Shown here: positions 1 to 9,884 of the stretch, in pieces
Layout: the number at the start of each line of letters is the position of its first letter
How positions within the stretch are numbered: position 1 is the first letter of the stretch
Assembly (NCBI GenBank): GCA_017992555.1
Contig: JAGOOK010000001.1
Span: 100,134-164,133 of the forward strand
Length of the DNA: 64,000 bases
Origin: Caldisericia bacterium
GTDB taxonomy: Bacteria; Caldisericota; Caldisericia; JAAYUI01
Direction of reading: 5' to 3'
Position numbers and translations under genes: made by a program
The notes under the pieces: generated by a model
Seen by the model: the letters and a program-made list of their open reading frames with translations, nothing else
Databases searched by the model: none
Told to the model about the DNA's origin: nothing

Positions 1-1252
1 AGGCTATTCCCATGTCGTTGGCATCAATGATTGCGGCCTCAAAGCCAGTTGTTTCCTTTATTATCTGGGCAAGCTTGTCACTGTTGTATGGCCCAGGTAT
101 GACAAAATAGTCGTAGGGTGCCATTGATGCCGGCATGTCGTCTATCATTGCGACCTCGGGCCCTGCCACCATATAAAACCAGCCCTTTTTGCCAACCAAC
201 TTGCCGATTGCGCCGCAAAACGTTGCAAAAAGTATTTTTAGGAGTCCTGACATTTCAATTGCCACCTGAAAAGAAAGCGGGTTTCCAAGTGGTGAAGTTG
301 TGGCAAATGAATTTTTCGACGAAGCTGTTACAAAACCGGAAAGCATCCTCGCGATCCTTGTGGGTTGAATTGTCTCTGCAGAGTAAATTCTTGCTTGTGT
401 TATCGCTGCAACGGCAGAAGCAAATGTTACTATGTCGCCCTTTTGAGCAATACCTTTTATTGATTCTGCAATAACCTGTGCCGCGTCGTCTTCTTCAGTG
501 ATAATTTTTGTTTTTACGGGTATCTTTACCGAACCAGGTTTTGAGGGGAGGGGAGGTTTCAGGGTTATTTTTTTTGCCTCATCCGGAAACACTCTCTCGA
601 TCTCTTTTAGACATTTTCTGCCTTTTCTTCTCCTGGTGCCCTCTTTCCAGATTTCGAGGGCTTTTTCTGGCCGGCCGGTTCTTTCGTAGCATTGCCCAAG
701 AAGGACAAAGTCAGTCTCATAGAAATTTGATGGTTCGAGTCTCTTGAACTCTTCGAAATACCAGATCACGTCCTTGAAACGGCCAAGCTCAAAAAGGCAA
801 TGTGAAATCCTCTTGAGGAGGTACCTGTAAATTGAGAGTATGTCTCTCCTGAGGTGCTCTTTGCCAATGTCCATTCCTTTCACATACACCTGAAAGGCAG
901 CCTCAAGGTCCTTTTTGTGATAACAATAGACATCACCCATTGAAAGGTAATACCAGTACTGCGTTGGTCTCTGGTCAAAGGTTTTCTGTAGCAGATCGAT
1001 GGCCTTCTGGTGTTCCCCAGAAATACTGTAGACTCTGGCCAGCAATCTTACCGAACGCGGATAGTTACAACCGCCACGATCGACCACCTTTTCAAGAAAA
1101 GCTGTGGCCTGTTTTTCCTTTCCAGTTTTTCTCAGTGCCTTGCAGTACAGCTCTGCGTCCCTGTCTGAGATTCTTGCTGGGTCTGGGTTTCGATAAGCTT
1201 TGACAACGTTTTCATAATCATTTGATTCGAGATATTTTCTATACGATGGCAT
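1..1252 (-). CDS. TPR-repeat protein with C-terminal CofE/F420-ligase-like domain (3' end runs off the window start)
   Basis: Absent from the ORF track because it has no stop inside the window. My reverse-complement translation is open from ATG 1252-1250 (MPSYRKYLESNDYENVVKAY...) to base 1, and the frame closes exactly on base 1 (417 codons). The N-terminal ~170 aa read as TPR-like repeats (LARVYSISGEHQKAIDLLQKTF, LGQCYERTGRPEKALEIWKEG). The C-terminal part (ITEEDDAAQVIAESIKGIAQKGDIVTFASAVAAITQARIY ... FEAAIIDANDMGIA) resembles the CofE gamma-glutamyl ligase fold. The start overlaps the upstream GTPase gene by 14 nt. Confidence 0.55.
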   Translation of the reverse strand, partial: MPSYRKYLESNDYENVVKAYRNPDPARISDRDAELYCKALRKTGKEKQATAFLEKVVDRGGCNYPRSVRLLARVYSISGEHQKAIDLLQKTFDQRPTQYWYYLSMGDVYCYHKKDLEAAFQVYVKGMDIGKEHLRRDILSIYRYLLKRISHCLFELGRFKDVIWYFEEFKRLEPSNFYETDFVLLGQCYERTGRPEKALEIWKEGTRRRKGRKCLKEIERVFPDEAKKITLKPPLPSKPGSVKIPVKTKIITEEDDAAQVIAESIKGIAQKGDIVTFASAVAAITQARIYSAETIQPTRIARMLSGFVTASSKNSFATTSPLGNPLSFQVAIEMSGLLKILFATFCGAIGKLVGKKGWFYMVAGPEVAMIDDMPASMAPYDYFVIPGPYNSDKLAQIIKETTGFEAAIIDANDMGIA

Positions 1253-1793
1253 CCTGATCTTCCTGCGCCAGTCCTGTTTTTTCAACCAGCTCAAATAGTT
1301 TTATCAAAACGTTTTTTACAGATCCCCTGTCCTTGGCCATGCACGAGATAACCTCGACACTGTCATCAATTCCGAGCATCTGCCCGACCTGCTCCGGGCT
1401 CAGGGAACCTGCCACGTCCTGTTTGTTTGCCGCAACAACACATGGTATCTGGAGTTTTGGCAAGAAGAATGAAAGATAACGCCTTGCTTCTATAATTGAC
1501 TTGTAATCTGCAGAATCAACAATCAGCACCATGCCGACGGCCCCGACAGAGAGGACATCCCACATGTATGAAAACCTCTCCTGTCCTGGTGTTCCAAAGA
1601 TATAAAGCACAAGATCATCATCAATTGTCAGCCTTCCAAAATCGAGTGCGACCGTTGTCTGGTTTTTAATGACCCTGGTTTCGTCTGTTACTGCTTTCTC
1701 TGTTGAAACAACAGGTATTTCAGAAACCGATTTAATTAAACTTGTTTTGCCGGATGAAAAAGGCCCGGTCACAAGTATTTTGACTCTTTTCAT
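1239..1793 (-). CDS. small Ras-superfamily GTPase, MglA-related (COG2229/CvnD type)
   Basis: 184-aa ORF. G1 GPFSSGKT, G3 FGTPGQERF (Thr in place of the usual Asp, as in MglA-like GTPases), G4 NKQD. Start overlaps the stop of the upstream DUF4388 gene (ATGA at 1790-1793). Confidence 0.8.
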   Translation of the reverse strand: MKRVKILVTGPFSSGKTSLIKSVSEIPVVSTEKAVTDETRVIKNQTTVALDFGRLTIDDDLVLYIFGTPGQERFSYMWDVLSVGAVGMVLIVDSADYKSIIEARRYLSFFLPKLQIPCVVAANKQDVAGSLSPEQVGQMLGIDDSVEVISCMAKDRGSVKNVLIKLFELVEKTGLAQEDQDAIV

Positions 1794-2431
1794 AGTTTCC
1801 TGAGATAGTCAATGATTTTTGATATGAATGATGGTTTGGATTTTGGGTCGTTTGGTTTTGGTTGTACCATGTCTGTTCTTTGTTTGACTGCGGCCCTTCT
1901 TATGACCCCAACCTGCAAAAGTGAATAAAAAATTCTGATTGCATCAAATTCCGGCCAGCCAAGGTCTTTGCTGATGTCGCCCAGGGATTTCTCGCCATCT
2001 ATGAGCCCGATCACCTGCCACTGCTTTGAATCAAAAACGAGATCATAGGTTTCGAACTCCAACGAAAGCGAATAAATGATGTTGGTGGAGGGGATTTCAC
2101 GTCTCAGGGTCTCGTAAAGTTTTATTCTTCCAGAGGCCTCCAGTAGCAGCTGGTCCATTGAAACAATGATGTTTGTTTCAGGACTGTTTTCGTCACTTAT
2201 AAACCTGAAGCTGCCATTTTCCGCCTCGCATATCGCGAAAAAGGCTTCCTTGCCGCTCTGGTTGTCCGCAAAAGCGGCTGTTATGCCACCATTCATAAAA
2301 AAAACCGATGCTTCGAACCTTCTTCCAGACTGCTCCAGAAAAAGCTGGAGCTTGCCGGTTCGTTTTGAAATCCAAATAAACTGGCATATTTCTATGACTG
2401 AAAAATCTTTGATGTTGCCTGCAAGTTCCAT
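1790..2431 (-). CDS. DUF4388 (PatA-N-like) domain protein with a small helical/wHTH-like C-terminal half
   Basis: 213-aa ORF. The N-terminus (MELAGNIKDFSVIEICQFIWISKRTGKLQL ... GGITAAF ... GKEAFFAI ... GSFRF) fits the DUF4388 pattern. The C-terminal DGEKSLGDISKDLGWPEFDAIRIFYSLLQVGVIRR resembles the DUF742-type helix-turn-helix found beside COG2229 GTPases. Starts 7 nt after the mutS2 stop. Confidence 0.65.
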   Translation of the reverse strand: MELAGNIKDFSVIEICQFIWISKRTGKLQLFLEQSGRRFEASVFFMNGGITAAFADNQSGKEAFFAICEAENGSFRFISDENSPETNIIVSMDQLLLEASGRIKLYETLRREIPSTNIIYSLSLEFETYDLVFDSKQWQVIGLIDGEKSLGDISKDLGWPEFDAIRIFYSLLQVGVIRRAAVKQRTDMVQPKPNDPKSKPSFISKIIDYLRKL

Positions 2432-2438
2432 CTACACC

Positions 2439-4772
2439 TCACTTTAGGAAAACGATTGTTACAGCGTCACCACCCTCGTCTGGCTGGGCGAGGTTGAACC
2501 TGTCAACACGCGGGCAGTGCGGCAAATAGTCCTGGATGGCCTTTCTCAAGACCCCAGAACCCCTGCCATGAACGATATATACGAATGGCATACCAGCGGA
2601 ATAGGCGCTGTCAAGGTACCTCTCAAGTTTTATCAGCGCATCTTCTATGGGCATGCCAAAGAGTTCCAGTTTTATCGGCACTGATTGGACTTCCGGTCTT
2701 ACCTCCGGTTTTCCGGTTTCTTCTCCTTCTATGGGTTCATTCACAAGTTCTACACTGCCTGCTAGCAGTTGCACCCTTGCTGTTCCAACCTGGACAAGAA
2801 CCTTGCCCTTTTCAGGATAAACGTCCATTACAACACCCTGCGATTTGAACCTTGGAACATAAACGATGTCCCCCGCTTTTATGCCTTCAACATCGACAGG
2901 GGTTGTGCTTGGTTGTTCTTCCTCTGCCTTTGCGACCTCTTCGTGGATCTCCTGGAGGCGTTTCTGGAGAGTGTCCGTCTCCTTGTTTTGTCTCGAGGCT
3001 TTGGCAAGTCTTTTGACTATCTCGTCAGCTTCGGCAAGCTTTTCGCCAAAAAATTTCCTGGCTTTCAGGAGCTCGCGGTCAAGCATTGATTTGCGGTTTT
3101 GTTCTATCTCGACAAGTTCTACCTCGCGCTTTCTCAGGAGCTCCTCGGCTTCTATCCTGGCTTTGCTGACCTGTTCCCTTTCCTCCATTATCATCTTGGC
3201 GTCTTCGGCCATTTTTGAGATTATGTCTGCGCTGTTTTTGTCCTCCGGCCTCATGAGCGCCCTTGCCCTTGATATGACCGAATCAGGGAGGCCCGTCCTC
3301 TCGGCTATTTCAAAGGCATGAGAAGAACCGGGTGTACCTATATGGATTTTGTAGGTTGGCATTAGGGTCTCATGATCAAAACCAACCGAAGCATTTACAG
3401 CATTTATGTTGTTGTATGCAAAACCCTTCATCTCGCCGATGTGTGTCGTGATAATTGTTGGACAGCCAACGGCATAAAAATGTTCAGCGATTGCATAGGC
3501 AAGAGAAGCACCCTCCGTTGGGTCAGTTCCAGCGCCGAGCTCGTCCAGCAGGACAAGCTTTGAAGATGAGGCATCTCCAATTATCAGCGATATATTTTTC
3601 AGGTGTGAGGAGAAGGTTGAAAGGTTTTGAGTAAGGCTCTGTTCATCTCCAATATCCAGAAGGACATCATCAAGGATACCCATCTCTGTGCCATCTTCAC
3701 ATGGGAGGTGAAGGCCACACTGTGCCATGACCACAAAAAGACCGACAGTCTTTAGCGAAGCTGTTTTTCCTCCAGTGTTTGGCCCGGTGAGTATGATCAT
3801 TTTGAAATCAGAGCCAATTCTTATGTCGATTGGTACTGGTTCGCTTATCAGAGGGTGCCTCCCACCCCTGATGTTTAGTCTGTGGCCGTCTTCCATGGCC
3901 GGCTCGGTGCAGTTCCATCTTATTGACAACTCTGCCCTTGCAAACATGAAATCCAGACTGGAAAGCGCCTCATCGATCACTTCCATGTCTTCGGACCGCA
4001 TGGATATTTCATCAGATATTCTCCGCAATATCTCTGCGATTTCCTCACGCTCCCTGAGACGAAGATTTCTAAGGTCATTATTTAGAGGGATGACAGAGAG
4101 CGGTTCCACATAGAGTGTTTGCCCTGATGCAGAAGAGTCATGGACTATACATGGGAAGTGGTTTTTGTACTCGCTCTTGAGCGGGATGACATACCTGTCA
4201 TCGCGAATTGTGATTATCGGGTCCTGTATCATCTTGGAGTATGAAGATGATCTCATTATTTCCCCAAGCTTGGACTGTATTTTTGTGTGTACCAGCCTCA
4301 TCTGGACCCTTATCGAGGCAAGCCTTTCCGAGGCAGAATCAAGGACTTCTCCGTGCTCGTCAACTGTCTTTGCAATCATCTGTTCGATTGCCTGCTGCGT
4401 TTTTATTCTTGAGGCAACCACCCAGACATCGGGAATGTCCTCCTTTGAACCTTCCAGTGAGGATTTTACAGACCTTGAGCACCTGAGGGTTTTTAATACC
4501 TCAAGCAACTCCTCAGGCGAGAGTGGTGAACCGATGACACATGATTTGATGTAGTCGGTTATCGATTTTGCGTCAATGAACGGCAATGGGCCATATCGCA
4601 GTAGTTGATTTTTGCACTGGGATGTTTCCCTCTGCAACCTAGCGACTTCTTCGGCCGAATTTGTGGGAAGCATGACAAAAACAAGGTCTCTGCCACCCTG
4701 GGTGTGCGCAAATTCGGTGAGTTTCTCTTTTATTTTCTCAAACTCAAGCACCCTAAGGGCATGATCGTTCAC
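2439..4772 (-). CDS. mutS2: endonuclease MutS2 (MutS paralogue with Smr domain)
   Basis: 777-aa ORF. Walker A ILTGPNTGGKT, LLDELGAGTDP, and a C-terminal Smr domain (FVYIVHGRGSGVLRKAI). GTG start overlaps the polX stop (GTGA). Confidence 0.95.
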   Translation of the reverse strand: MNDHALRVLEFEKIKEKLTEFAHTQGGRDLVFVMLPTNSAEEVARLQRETSQCKNQLLRYGPLPFIDAKSITDYIKSCVIGSPLSPEELLEVLKTLRCSRSVKSSLEGSKEDIPDVWVVASRIKTQQAIEQMIAKTVDEHGEVLDSASERLASIRVQMRLVHTKIQSKLGEIMRSSSYSKMIQDPIITIRDDRYVIPLKSEYKNHFPCIVHDSSASGQTLYVEPLSVIPLNNDLRNLRLREREEIAEILRRISDEISMRSEDMEVIDEALSSLDFMFARAELSIRWNCTEPAMEDGHRLNIRGGRHPLISEPVPIDIRIGSDFKMIILTGPNTGGKTASLKTVGLFVVMAQCGLHLPCEDGTEMGILDDVLLDIGDEQSLTQNLSTFSSHLKNISLIIGDASSSKLVLLDELGAGTDPTEGASLAYAIAEHFYAVGCPTIITTHIGEMKGFAYNNINAVNASVGFDHETLMPTYKIHIGTPGSSHAFEIAERTGLPDSVISRARALMRPEDKNSADIISKMAEDAKMIMEEREQVSKARIEAEELLRKREVELVEIEQNRKSMLDRELLKARKFFGEKLAEADEIVKRLAKASRQNKETDTLQKRLQEIHEEVAKAEEEQPSTTPVDVEGIKAGDIVYVPRFKSQGVVMDVYPEKGKVLVQVGTARVQLLAGSVELVNEPIEGEETGKPEVRPEVQSVPIKLELFGMPIEDALIKLERYLDSAYSAGMPFVYIVHGRGSGVLRKAIQDYLPHCPRVDRFNLAQPDEGGDAVTIVFLK

Positions 4773-6448
4773 TGACCCCTCCAGCAGAGCTCGCGGACCT
4801 GTTCATATGATTTGCAGTTTAACAAATTTTCTCGGGAAACGCCAGCCCTTCGCGCGAGCTTCACACCGGAAGGCAGTTCTTTCAGGTGCAATGCGTAATG
4901 GGCATCACTACCAAGGGCAAACATGCACCCGTGTTTCATGGCAATCCTTGCCACCTGCCATGGGGGATCAAGCTTGTCTGGGGCGTAATTCAGCTCTACT
5001 GCAACACCCATTTTTGAGCATTCCGAAAAAATCATGTCCCAGTCTATTTCTATGGGTGGCCTGACAAGGAGCCTCCGGAGCGTTGGGTGCGCCACGATAT
5101 CAATTGCACCCGAACTTATTGCCCTCAAGTACCGGTTTTCCAGGATGGACGGGTCATCACCAAGTCCGGAGTGCAGTGCTCCAATCCTCATGATTTTTTG
5201 CCTTGTCTGGAAATCGACGTGGCCATCGGCATCGATGTTGTATTCAATGCCGGGAACTATCTTTACTGTTCCTTTGAAAGCGTTCATTTTTCTTATTTTG
5301 TCTGTCTGGGCCTCGAGGTCTCGCGCTGAGAGTCCTTTTATTACAGATATTCCTTGTGCATGGTCAGTGACTGTTAAGTATTCAAGGCCCATCTGTTCCG
5401 CCTGCCTTACAAGCTCTGAAAGCCTTGACCTGCCATCGCTCCACGGTGTATGGGCATGCAGATCGCCAAGGATATCATCTTCCTCAACAAGGTCCCAACT
5501 GAGTTTGCCTTCAGAAAGCTCTATACAGTCCGGCCATTCGCGTATTTCTGGCGGAATGTATGGCAAACCGAGCTGTTTGTAGAAAGATTCTTCATCACCC
5601 CTTATCAGCAGGAACCCGGCAACTGACCTGTTTTTGAAAGCTGTCCTTGAGCAGAGCTTCTGGTAATGGTCACCAGGGCCAGTGGCAAGACACATTGCAG
5701 AGCCGATGTATTCAGGTCTGCACAAATACACTCTAACCTGGATACCCGAAACCTGGCCTTCACAGCCATATTTGGTAATGTTGCGTTCACCAAATTCCAA
5801 GTATTTTGATATTTCCTGAGCCGTTTTTATGGTCGGTTTGGAAACGACAACTAGGAGATCAATTTTTTCTATCAGCTCTCTGCCCCGCCTTATGTCGCCG
5901 GCAACAAATACTTTTGAGGCCTCTTCGAAGTGTTTTACCTTTCTTTGCAAGAGATTTGCCAGGTGTATTGCATTAGAGAGCGGAAGAGTTCTTCTTCCAG
6001 AGAGAGTCTGCGTCACCATTCCCTCCACTTGTCTTGAGAACCTCTCCCCAAAACCTTTTCTTGAGGAAAGCAGGCCACCTCTTGATGCTTTTCTCAGCTC
6101 CTCAAGTGTTTCTATTCCGCAATCTTCATAGAGCCTTACAATGTTTGGGATACTAAGGCCTGAAACCTGCAAAAGGTTCTGTACGCCTTTCGGGATTTTC
6201 TTCAACAGTGTCTGTTCAAGGCTGGAGTTGCCGGTTTTTATTACCTCTGAGATGGCAGAAGCTGTTGTTTCAGAAAGCAGTCCTTGCGCCAAAAGGAAAC
6301 CAACCATCTGGGGTTCGACTTCGTCGACGTCCAGATGTCTAATTGTTGTCGAGGCATCAAGAAACTGGTTCGAGCCAATGCCAATATTTGTGTATCTTGC
6401 AAGCCTTGCCAAAGAATTGAGCTTTTCCGCAAGCTCCCAAGAGTTCAT
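4769..6448 (-). CDS. polX: DNA polymerase X family protein with C-terminal PHP domain
   Basis: 559-aa ORF. N-terminal HhH/Pol-beta-like region and PHP motifs (GDLHAHTPWSDGRS, LTVTDHAQG, GSDAHYALH). ATGA overlap with the pheT stop. Confidence 0.9.
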   Translation of the reverse strand: MNSWELAEKLNSLARLARYTNIGIGSNQFLDASTTIRHLDVDEVEPQMVGFLLAQGLLSETTASAISEVIKTGNSSLEQTLLKKIPKGVQNLLQVSGLSIPNIVRLYEDCGIETLEELRKASRGGLLSSRKGFGERFSRQVEGMVTQTLSGRRTLPLSNAIHLANLLQRKVKHFEEASKVFVAGDIRRGRELIEKIDLLVVVSKPTIKTAQEISKYLEFGERNITKYGCEGQVSGIQVRVYLCRPEYIGSAMCLATGPGDHYQKLCSRTAFKNRSVAGFLLIRGDEESFYKQLGLPYIPPEIREWPDCIELSEGKLSWDLVEEDDILGDLHAHTPWSDGRSRLSELVRQAEQMGLEYLTVTDHAQGISVIKGLSARDLEAQTDKIRKMNAFKGTVKIVPGIEYNIDADGHVDFQTRQKIMRIGALHSGLGDDPSILENRYLRAISSGAIDIVAHPTLRRLLVRPPIEIDWDMIFSECSKMGVAVELNYAPDKLDPPWQVARIAMKHGCMFALGSDAHYALHLKELPSGVKLARRAGVSRENLLNCKSYEQVRELCWRGQ

Positions 6449-8862
6449 GCCTTTCTGACAGAAGCACCAATTTTTCCTAGGGCCAGATCAATTTTCTCGA
6501 TTATGACGTCAATCTGGCTGCCCAGCAGTGTCCCTTCGGGGTCATAGAAAGACAGCGAGAATGCCAGCGAACGCTTGCCCTCTCTTGCAAATCCGCCAAC
6601 AAACTGGTCAAAGAGCCTTATCGACGAGAGGTTGTTGCCGGTGTGGTCTCTAATTGTCGATTCGATCTGGGAGCATGGGACTGTTTCCGGTGCAAGAACA
6701 GCTATGTCCCTCAGGACCATCGGGAACCTCGGGACGGGTTTTGCAACAATCACTTCCGGAACATGCGGAAGAAGATTTTCTATGTTTATATTTGCAATTG
6801 CTATGGGAGTTGCCACCTGCAGCCTCTCATTTACCTGCGGGTCAAGCTGGCCAATATAGCCTATTGGGTTGCCAGAGATTGTTATTTCGGCCTGCCTGTA
6901 CTGGTGTAGGTGAGGGTGGGGGTTATTTAATGGTCTGTATGAAACACCACAAACACAAAGCAGATCAAACAACGCCTCAAGTGAGCCTTTCAGGTCAAAG
7001 AAGTCATAATTTTCGATGCTGTCTTTTTTGTCATCCACTTCCTTGGCCTTGAGCTGGGAGTCCCATCCAAAAGGCCTTTTGCCGGTCATGAGAATGGCCA
7101 GCCTGCGGCATTCCGGCCCAAATTGTGAACCCACCTCGAACAATGCCATGTTGGAACTGCCCTGTCTGGCATTGTATGAAGATGCCACAAGAACGCCCAA
7201 CTCACAAACAGGTCTCATGATTGTTGAATCGGTTGTCATCGGGTTGAGGACCTTCGGGGCATTTGGGATCAATGTTTCAAGCTTAATTGATTTGAGCTCA
7301 TCCTCACAGGTCATGGGTTTTGAAACGCACTCATAAAAGCCCATTCCAGACAAAATCTTTTTGAGCCTTCTCTCAAGAAGGAAAATGGGGGTTTCGGTGA
7401 CTATCCTTTCCTCTACCAGCGGGAAGGTCGTGGGAATCGTGTCATACCCTATGACTCTTATTGCTTCCTCGATGAGGTCAATCTCGTCCCTCAGGTCATT
7501 GTCCCTGAACCCAGGGATGGTGGCCACCAATGGGTCTCCAATCTTGATATCAATTCCAAGGGTGCCAAGGCCTTCCTTTATTTTCTCAGGATCAAGATCA
7601 AAACCCAGTATTTTTTTCATTCTCTGGATCCTGACCTGGACCTGGCGCCTTTCTTTCTTGTTGTAGCTTTCTACCGGAACACAGCCATTTGTTCCAATCA
7701 TCGAGATGACTTTCCAGGCAGTGTCCTCGGCGACCTCCACGTCTGCACCCTTTTCGTATCTTGTTGAAGCCTCGCTCCTTATTCCAAGGAGCGAGCTGGA
7801 TTTGGCTATAAGAAGAGGATTAAAGTTTGCAGATTCAAGGAAAATCCTTTTTGTTCCAGAAGTGACCTCCGAGTCCTTTCCACCCATGATGCCAGCTATC
7901 CCAATCGGCTTCTCGCCGTCCCAGATCATAAGTGTGCCAATTGGAAGATCGCGTTCTTTATCATCAAGGGTCGTGAGTTTCATTGGCGCTTTTGTTCTAG
8001 CAACTCTGACAACGCCGCTCTTTATTTTGTCTGCGTCAAAAGCGTGGGTCGGCTGGCCATCCTCATACATGGAAAGGTTGGATGCGTCAACAACATTATT
8101 TATGGGCCTTGTGCCTGAAGCCAGCAATTTTCTTCTGGTCTCGAACCCTGAGGGCGCAACAGTGACATTCGCAAGCATTCCGATGTATCTCTGGCAATCC
8201 TCATAATCTTCTATGTCAACTCTAAATTCCGAGCATGTGTTTTCAGCAGAGATATTTTTTGATGTCTCAAGTGATGGGATTTCATGTATCTTGCCGGTTT
8301 TCCTCCAGAGGATTGCGGCAACCTCGTGAAGGAGCCCGCGGAGCGACAGCCATTCCGGATGGTTTGGTGTTATCTTGATGTCCAGTATCGAGTCTGAAAG
8401 CCAGAACGATTCTGCAGGATCTGTAAACAACGGGGTATCATCGGGCATCTGCCACGGACCTTCTCTCTCTGCCTGTGGAAGGATCTCTGGGTCAACGCCA
8501 AAATCCTGGGCGGAAAGGATTGCCCCTTCTGAAGTAAATCCTCTTATGTTTCTTGGTTCGACTGTAACATTGCCAATGCCTGTTCCATGGATTGCCACAG
8601 GATAAATCTGCCCTGGTTTTACCATGTCGGAATTGGTTACAACCTCGATGGTCTTTCCTGGAGCAATCTCAATTTTTGCTATGTGCAGTTTTTCTGTGGC
8701 CTGCCTGATTTCAGTTACTTTTCCAAAAACCGAACCCCTGACTTTGTCTCTTTTTTGAAGGTCTTCGACTTCAAGGCCCAATATCTTGAAACCTTCCTGG
8801 ATGGTTTCCAGGTCGATGTCCCACGGAACAACACTTTTCAGATAGTGATACGAGAGTTTCAT
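6445..8862 (-). CDS. pheT: phenylalanine--tRNA ligase beta subunit
   Basis: 805-aa ORF with bacterial PheT layout: N-terminal OB tRNA-binding domain, B3/4 and B5 regions, and a C-terminal FDX-ACB-like end (RSLAFSLSFYDPEGTL). Start overlaps the pheS stop. Confidence 0.95.
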   Translation of the reverse strand: MKLSYHYLKSVVPWDIDLETIQEGFKILGLEVEDLQKRDKVRGSVFGKVTEIRQATEKLHIAKIEIAPGKTIEVVTNSDMVKPGQIYPVAIHGTGIGNVTVEPRNIRGFTSEGAILSAQDFGVDPEILPQAEREGPWQMPDDTPLFTDPAESFWLSDSILDIKITPNHPEWLSLRGLLHEVAAILWRKTGKIHEIPSLETSKNISAENTCSEFRVDIEDYEDCQRYIGMLANVTVAPSGFETRRKLLASGTRPINNVVDASNLSMYEDGQPTHAFDADKIKSGVVRVARTKAPMKLTTLDDKERDLPIGTLMIWDGEKPIGIAGIMGGKDSEVTSGTKRIFLESANFNPLLIAKSSSLLGIRSEASTRYEKGADVEVAEDTAWKVISMIGTNGCVPVESYNKKERRQVQVRIQRMKKILGFDLDPEKIKEGLGTLGIDIKIGDPLVATIPGFRDNDLRDEIDLIEEAIRVIGYDTIPTTFPLVEERIVTETPIFLLERRLKKILSGMGFYECVSKPMTCEDELKSIKLETLIPNAPKVLNPMTTDSTIMRPVCELGVLVASSYNARQGSSNMALFEVGSQFGPECRRLAILMTGKRPFGWDSQLKAKEVDDKKDSIENYDFFDLKGSLEALFDLLCVCGVSYRPLNNPHPHLHQYRQAEITISGNPIGYIGQLDPQVNERLQVATPIAIANINIENLLPHVPEVIVAKPVPRFPMVLRDIAVLAPETVPCSQIESTIRDHTGNNLSSIRLFDQFVGGFAREGKRSLAFSLSFYDPEGTLLGSQIDVIIEKIDLALGKIGASVRKA

Positions 8863-9884
8863 CTGACACCTCCGAACTGGGAAAGGAACCTGAGATCGTT
8901 TGTGGTGAAGTCCCTTATGTCGCTAATGCCAAATTTCAGCATTGCTATCCTCTCGATTCCCCAGCCAAAAGCGAATCCCTGATACTCTTCCGGGTCGTAG
9001 CCGACATTTTTTAGCACCTTCGGATTTACCATTCCGGACCCACCCATTTCGATCCAGCCACTGTTCTGGCAGACCCTACACCCTTTTCCATCGCAGAATG
9101 GGCACGAAGCCAGAGTTTCTGCACCAGGTTCGACGAACGGGAAGAACGATGGAAGGAATTTTACTTTTACATTGCCGCCAAAAACATTTGAGAGAATGAC
9201 AGACAATATCCCTGCAAGATCAGAGAAAGAGATGTGGCGGTCGATCATCAGGCCTTCAACCTGATGGAAAAATGGCGAGTGGGAGGCATCTGTTGCGTCC
9301 CTGCGATGACAGAGCCCCATGGCAATCATCCTTATCGGTGGCTTCTCGCTCTCCATCGTCCTTATCTGGACAGGCGATGTGTGGGTCCTGAGGAGCTTGT
9401 TGCCTTCAATATAGAAGGTATCCTGCATGGCCCTTGCCGGGTGCCATTGTGGGATATTCAGGGCCTCAAAATTGTACCAGTCAGATTCGATTATTGGCCC
9501 CTGCCTAACGACAAAACCAAGTTTGTGGAACACTTCGGTTATGTCTTCGGCAACAATGGACAGGGGGTGCATGGCGCCCTTCATTACGGGCCTGCCTGGC
9601 ATTGTAATGTCTATCTTTTCTGCAAAAAGCTTCTCCTGCATCTCTTTCCTGGATATGTCGGAAAGCCTGGATTCAATTTTTGCCTCGATCTCTTCCTTGG
9701 CGCTGTTGAGGTTTGCGCCGGCAGATTTCCTTTCTTCTGGAGAGAGGTTGCCAAGTTCCCTTAAAAGTGAAGTAAGTTCGCCTTTTCTGCCAAGAAATCT
9801 TACCCTTAAATCTTCAAGCTCTTTGGAGCTTTTTGAATGCTCAACAAGATTTAACGCTTCCTGCTTTATCTTTTCTATGTCCAC
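8859..9884 (-). CDS. pheS: phenylalanine--tRNA ligase alpha subunit
   Basis: The ORF runs to 9923. I prefer the GTG at 9884, preceded by cGGAGGcaaggcGTG. Class II motifs are present: LPSFFPFVEPGAE and GFAFGWGIERIAMLKFGI. N-terminal LRVRFLGRKGELTSLLRELGNLSPEERK is typical of PheS. Confidence 0.9.
   Translation of the reverse strand: MDIEKIKQEALNLVEHSKSSKELEDLRVRFLGRKGELTSLLRELGNLSPEERKSAGANLNSAKEEIEAKIESRLSDISRKEMQEKLFAEKIDITMPGRPVMKGAMHPLSIVAEDITEVFHKLGFVVRQGPIIESDWYNFEALNIPQWHPARAMQDTFYIEGNKLLRTHTSPVQIRTMESEKPPIRMIAMGLCHRRDATDASHSPFFHQVEGLMIDRHISFSDLAGILSVILSNVFGGNVKVKFLPSFFPFVEPGAETLASCPFCDGKGCRVCQNSGWIEMGGSGMVNPKVLKNVGYDPEEYQGFAFGWGIERIAMLKFGISDIRDFTTNDLRFLSQFGGVR

Noticed and set aside
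118-1203. Several plus-strand ORFs of 63-118 aa in the track (118-474, 498-689, 508-747, 940-1203).
   Set aside because: Their sequences are low-complexity and Leu/Arg/Ser/Pro-rich with no motifs. They lie antisense to a continuous 417-codon minus-strand frame with TPR and ligase-like features, so they are shadow ORFs.
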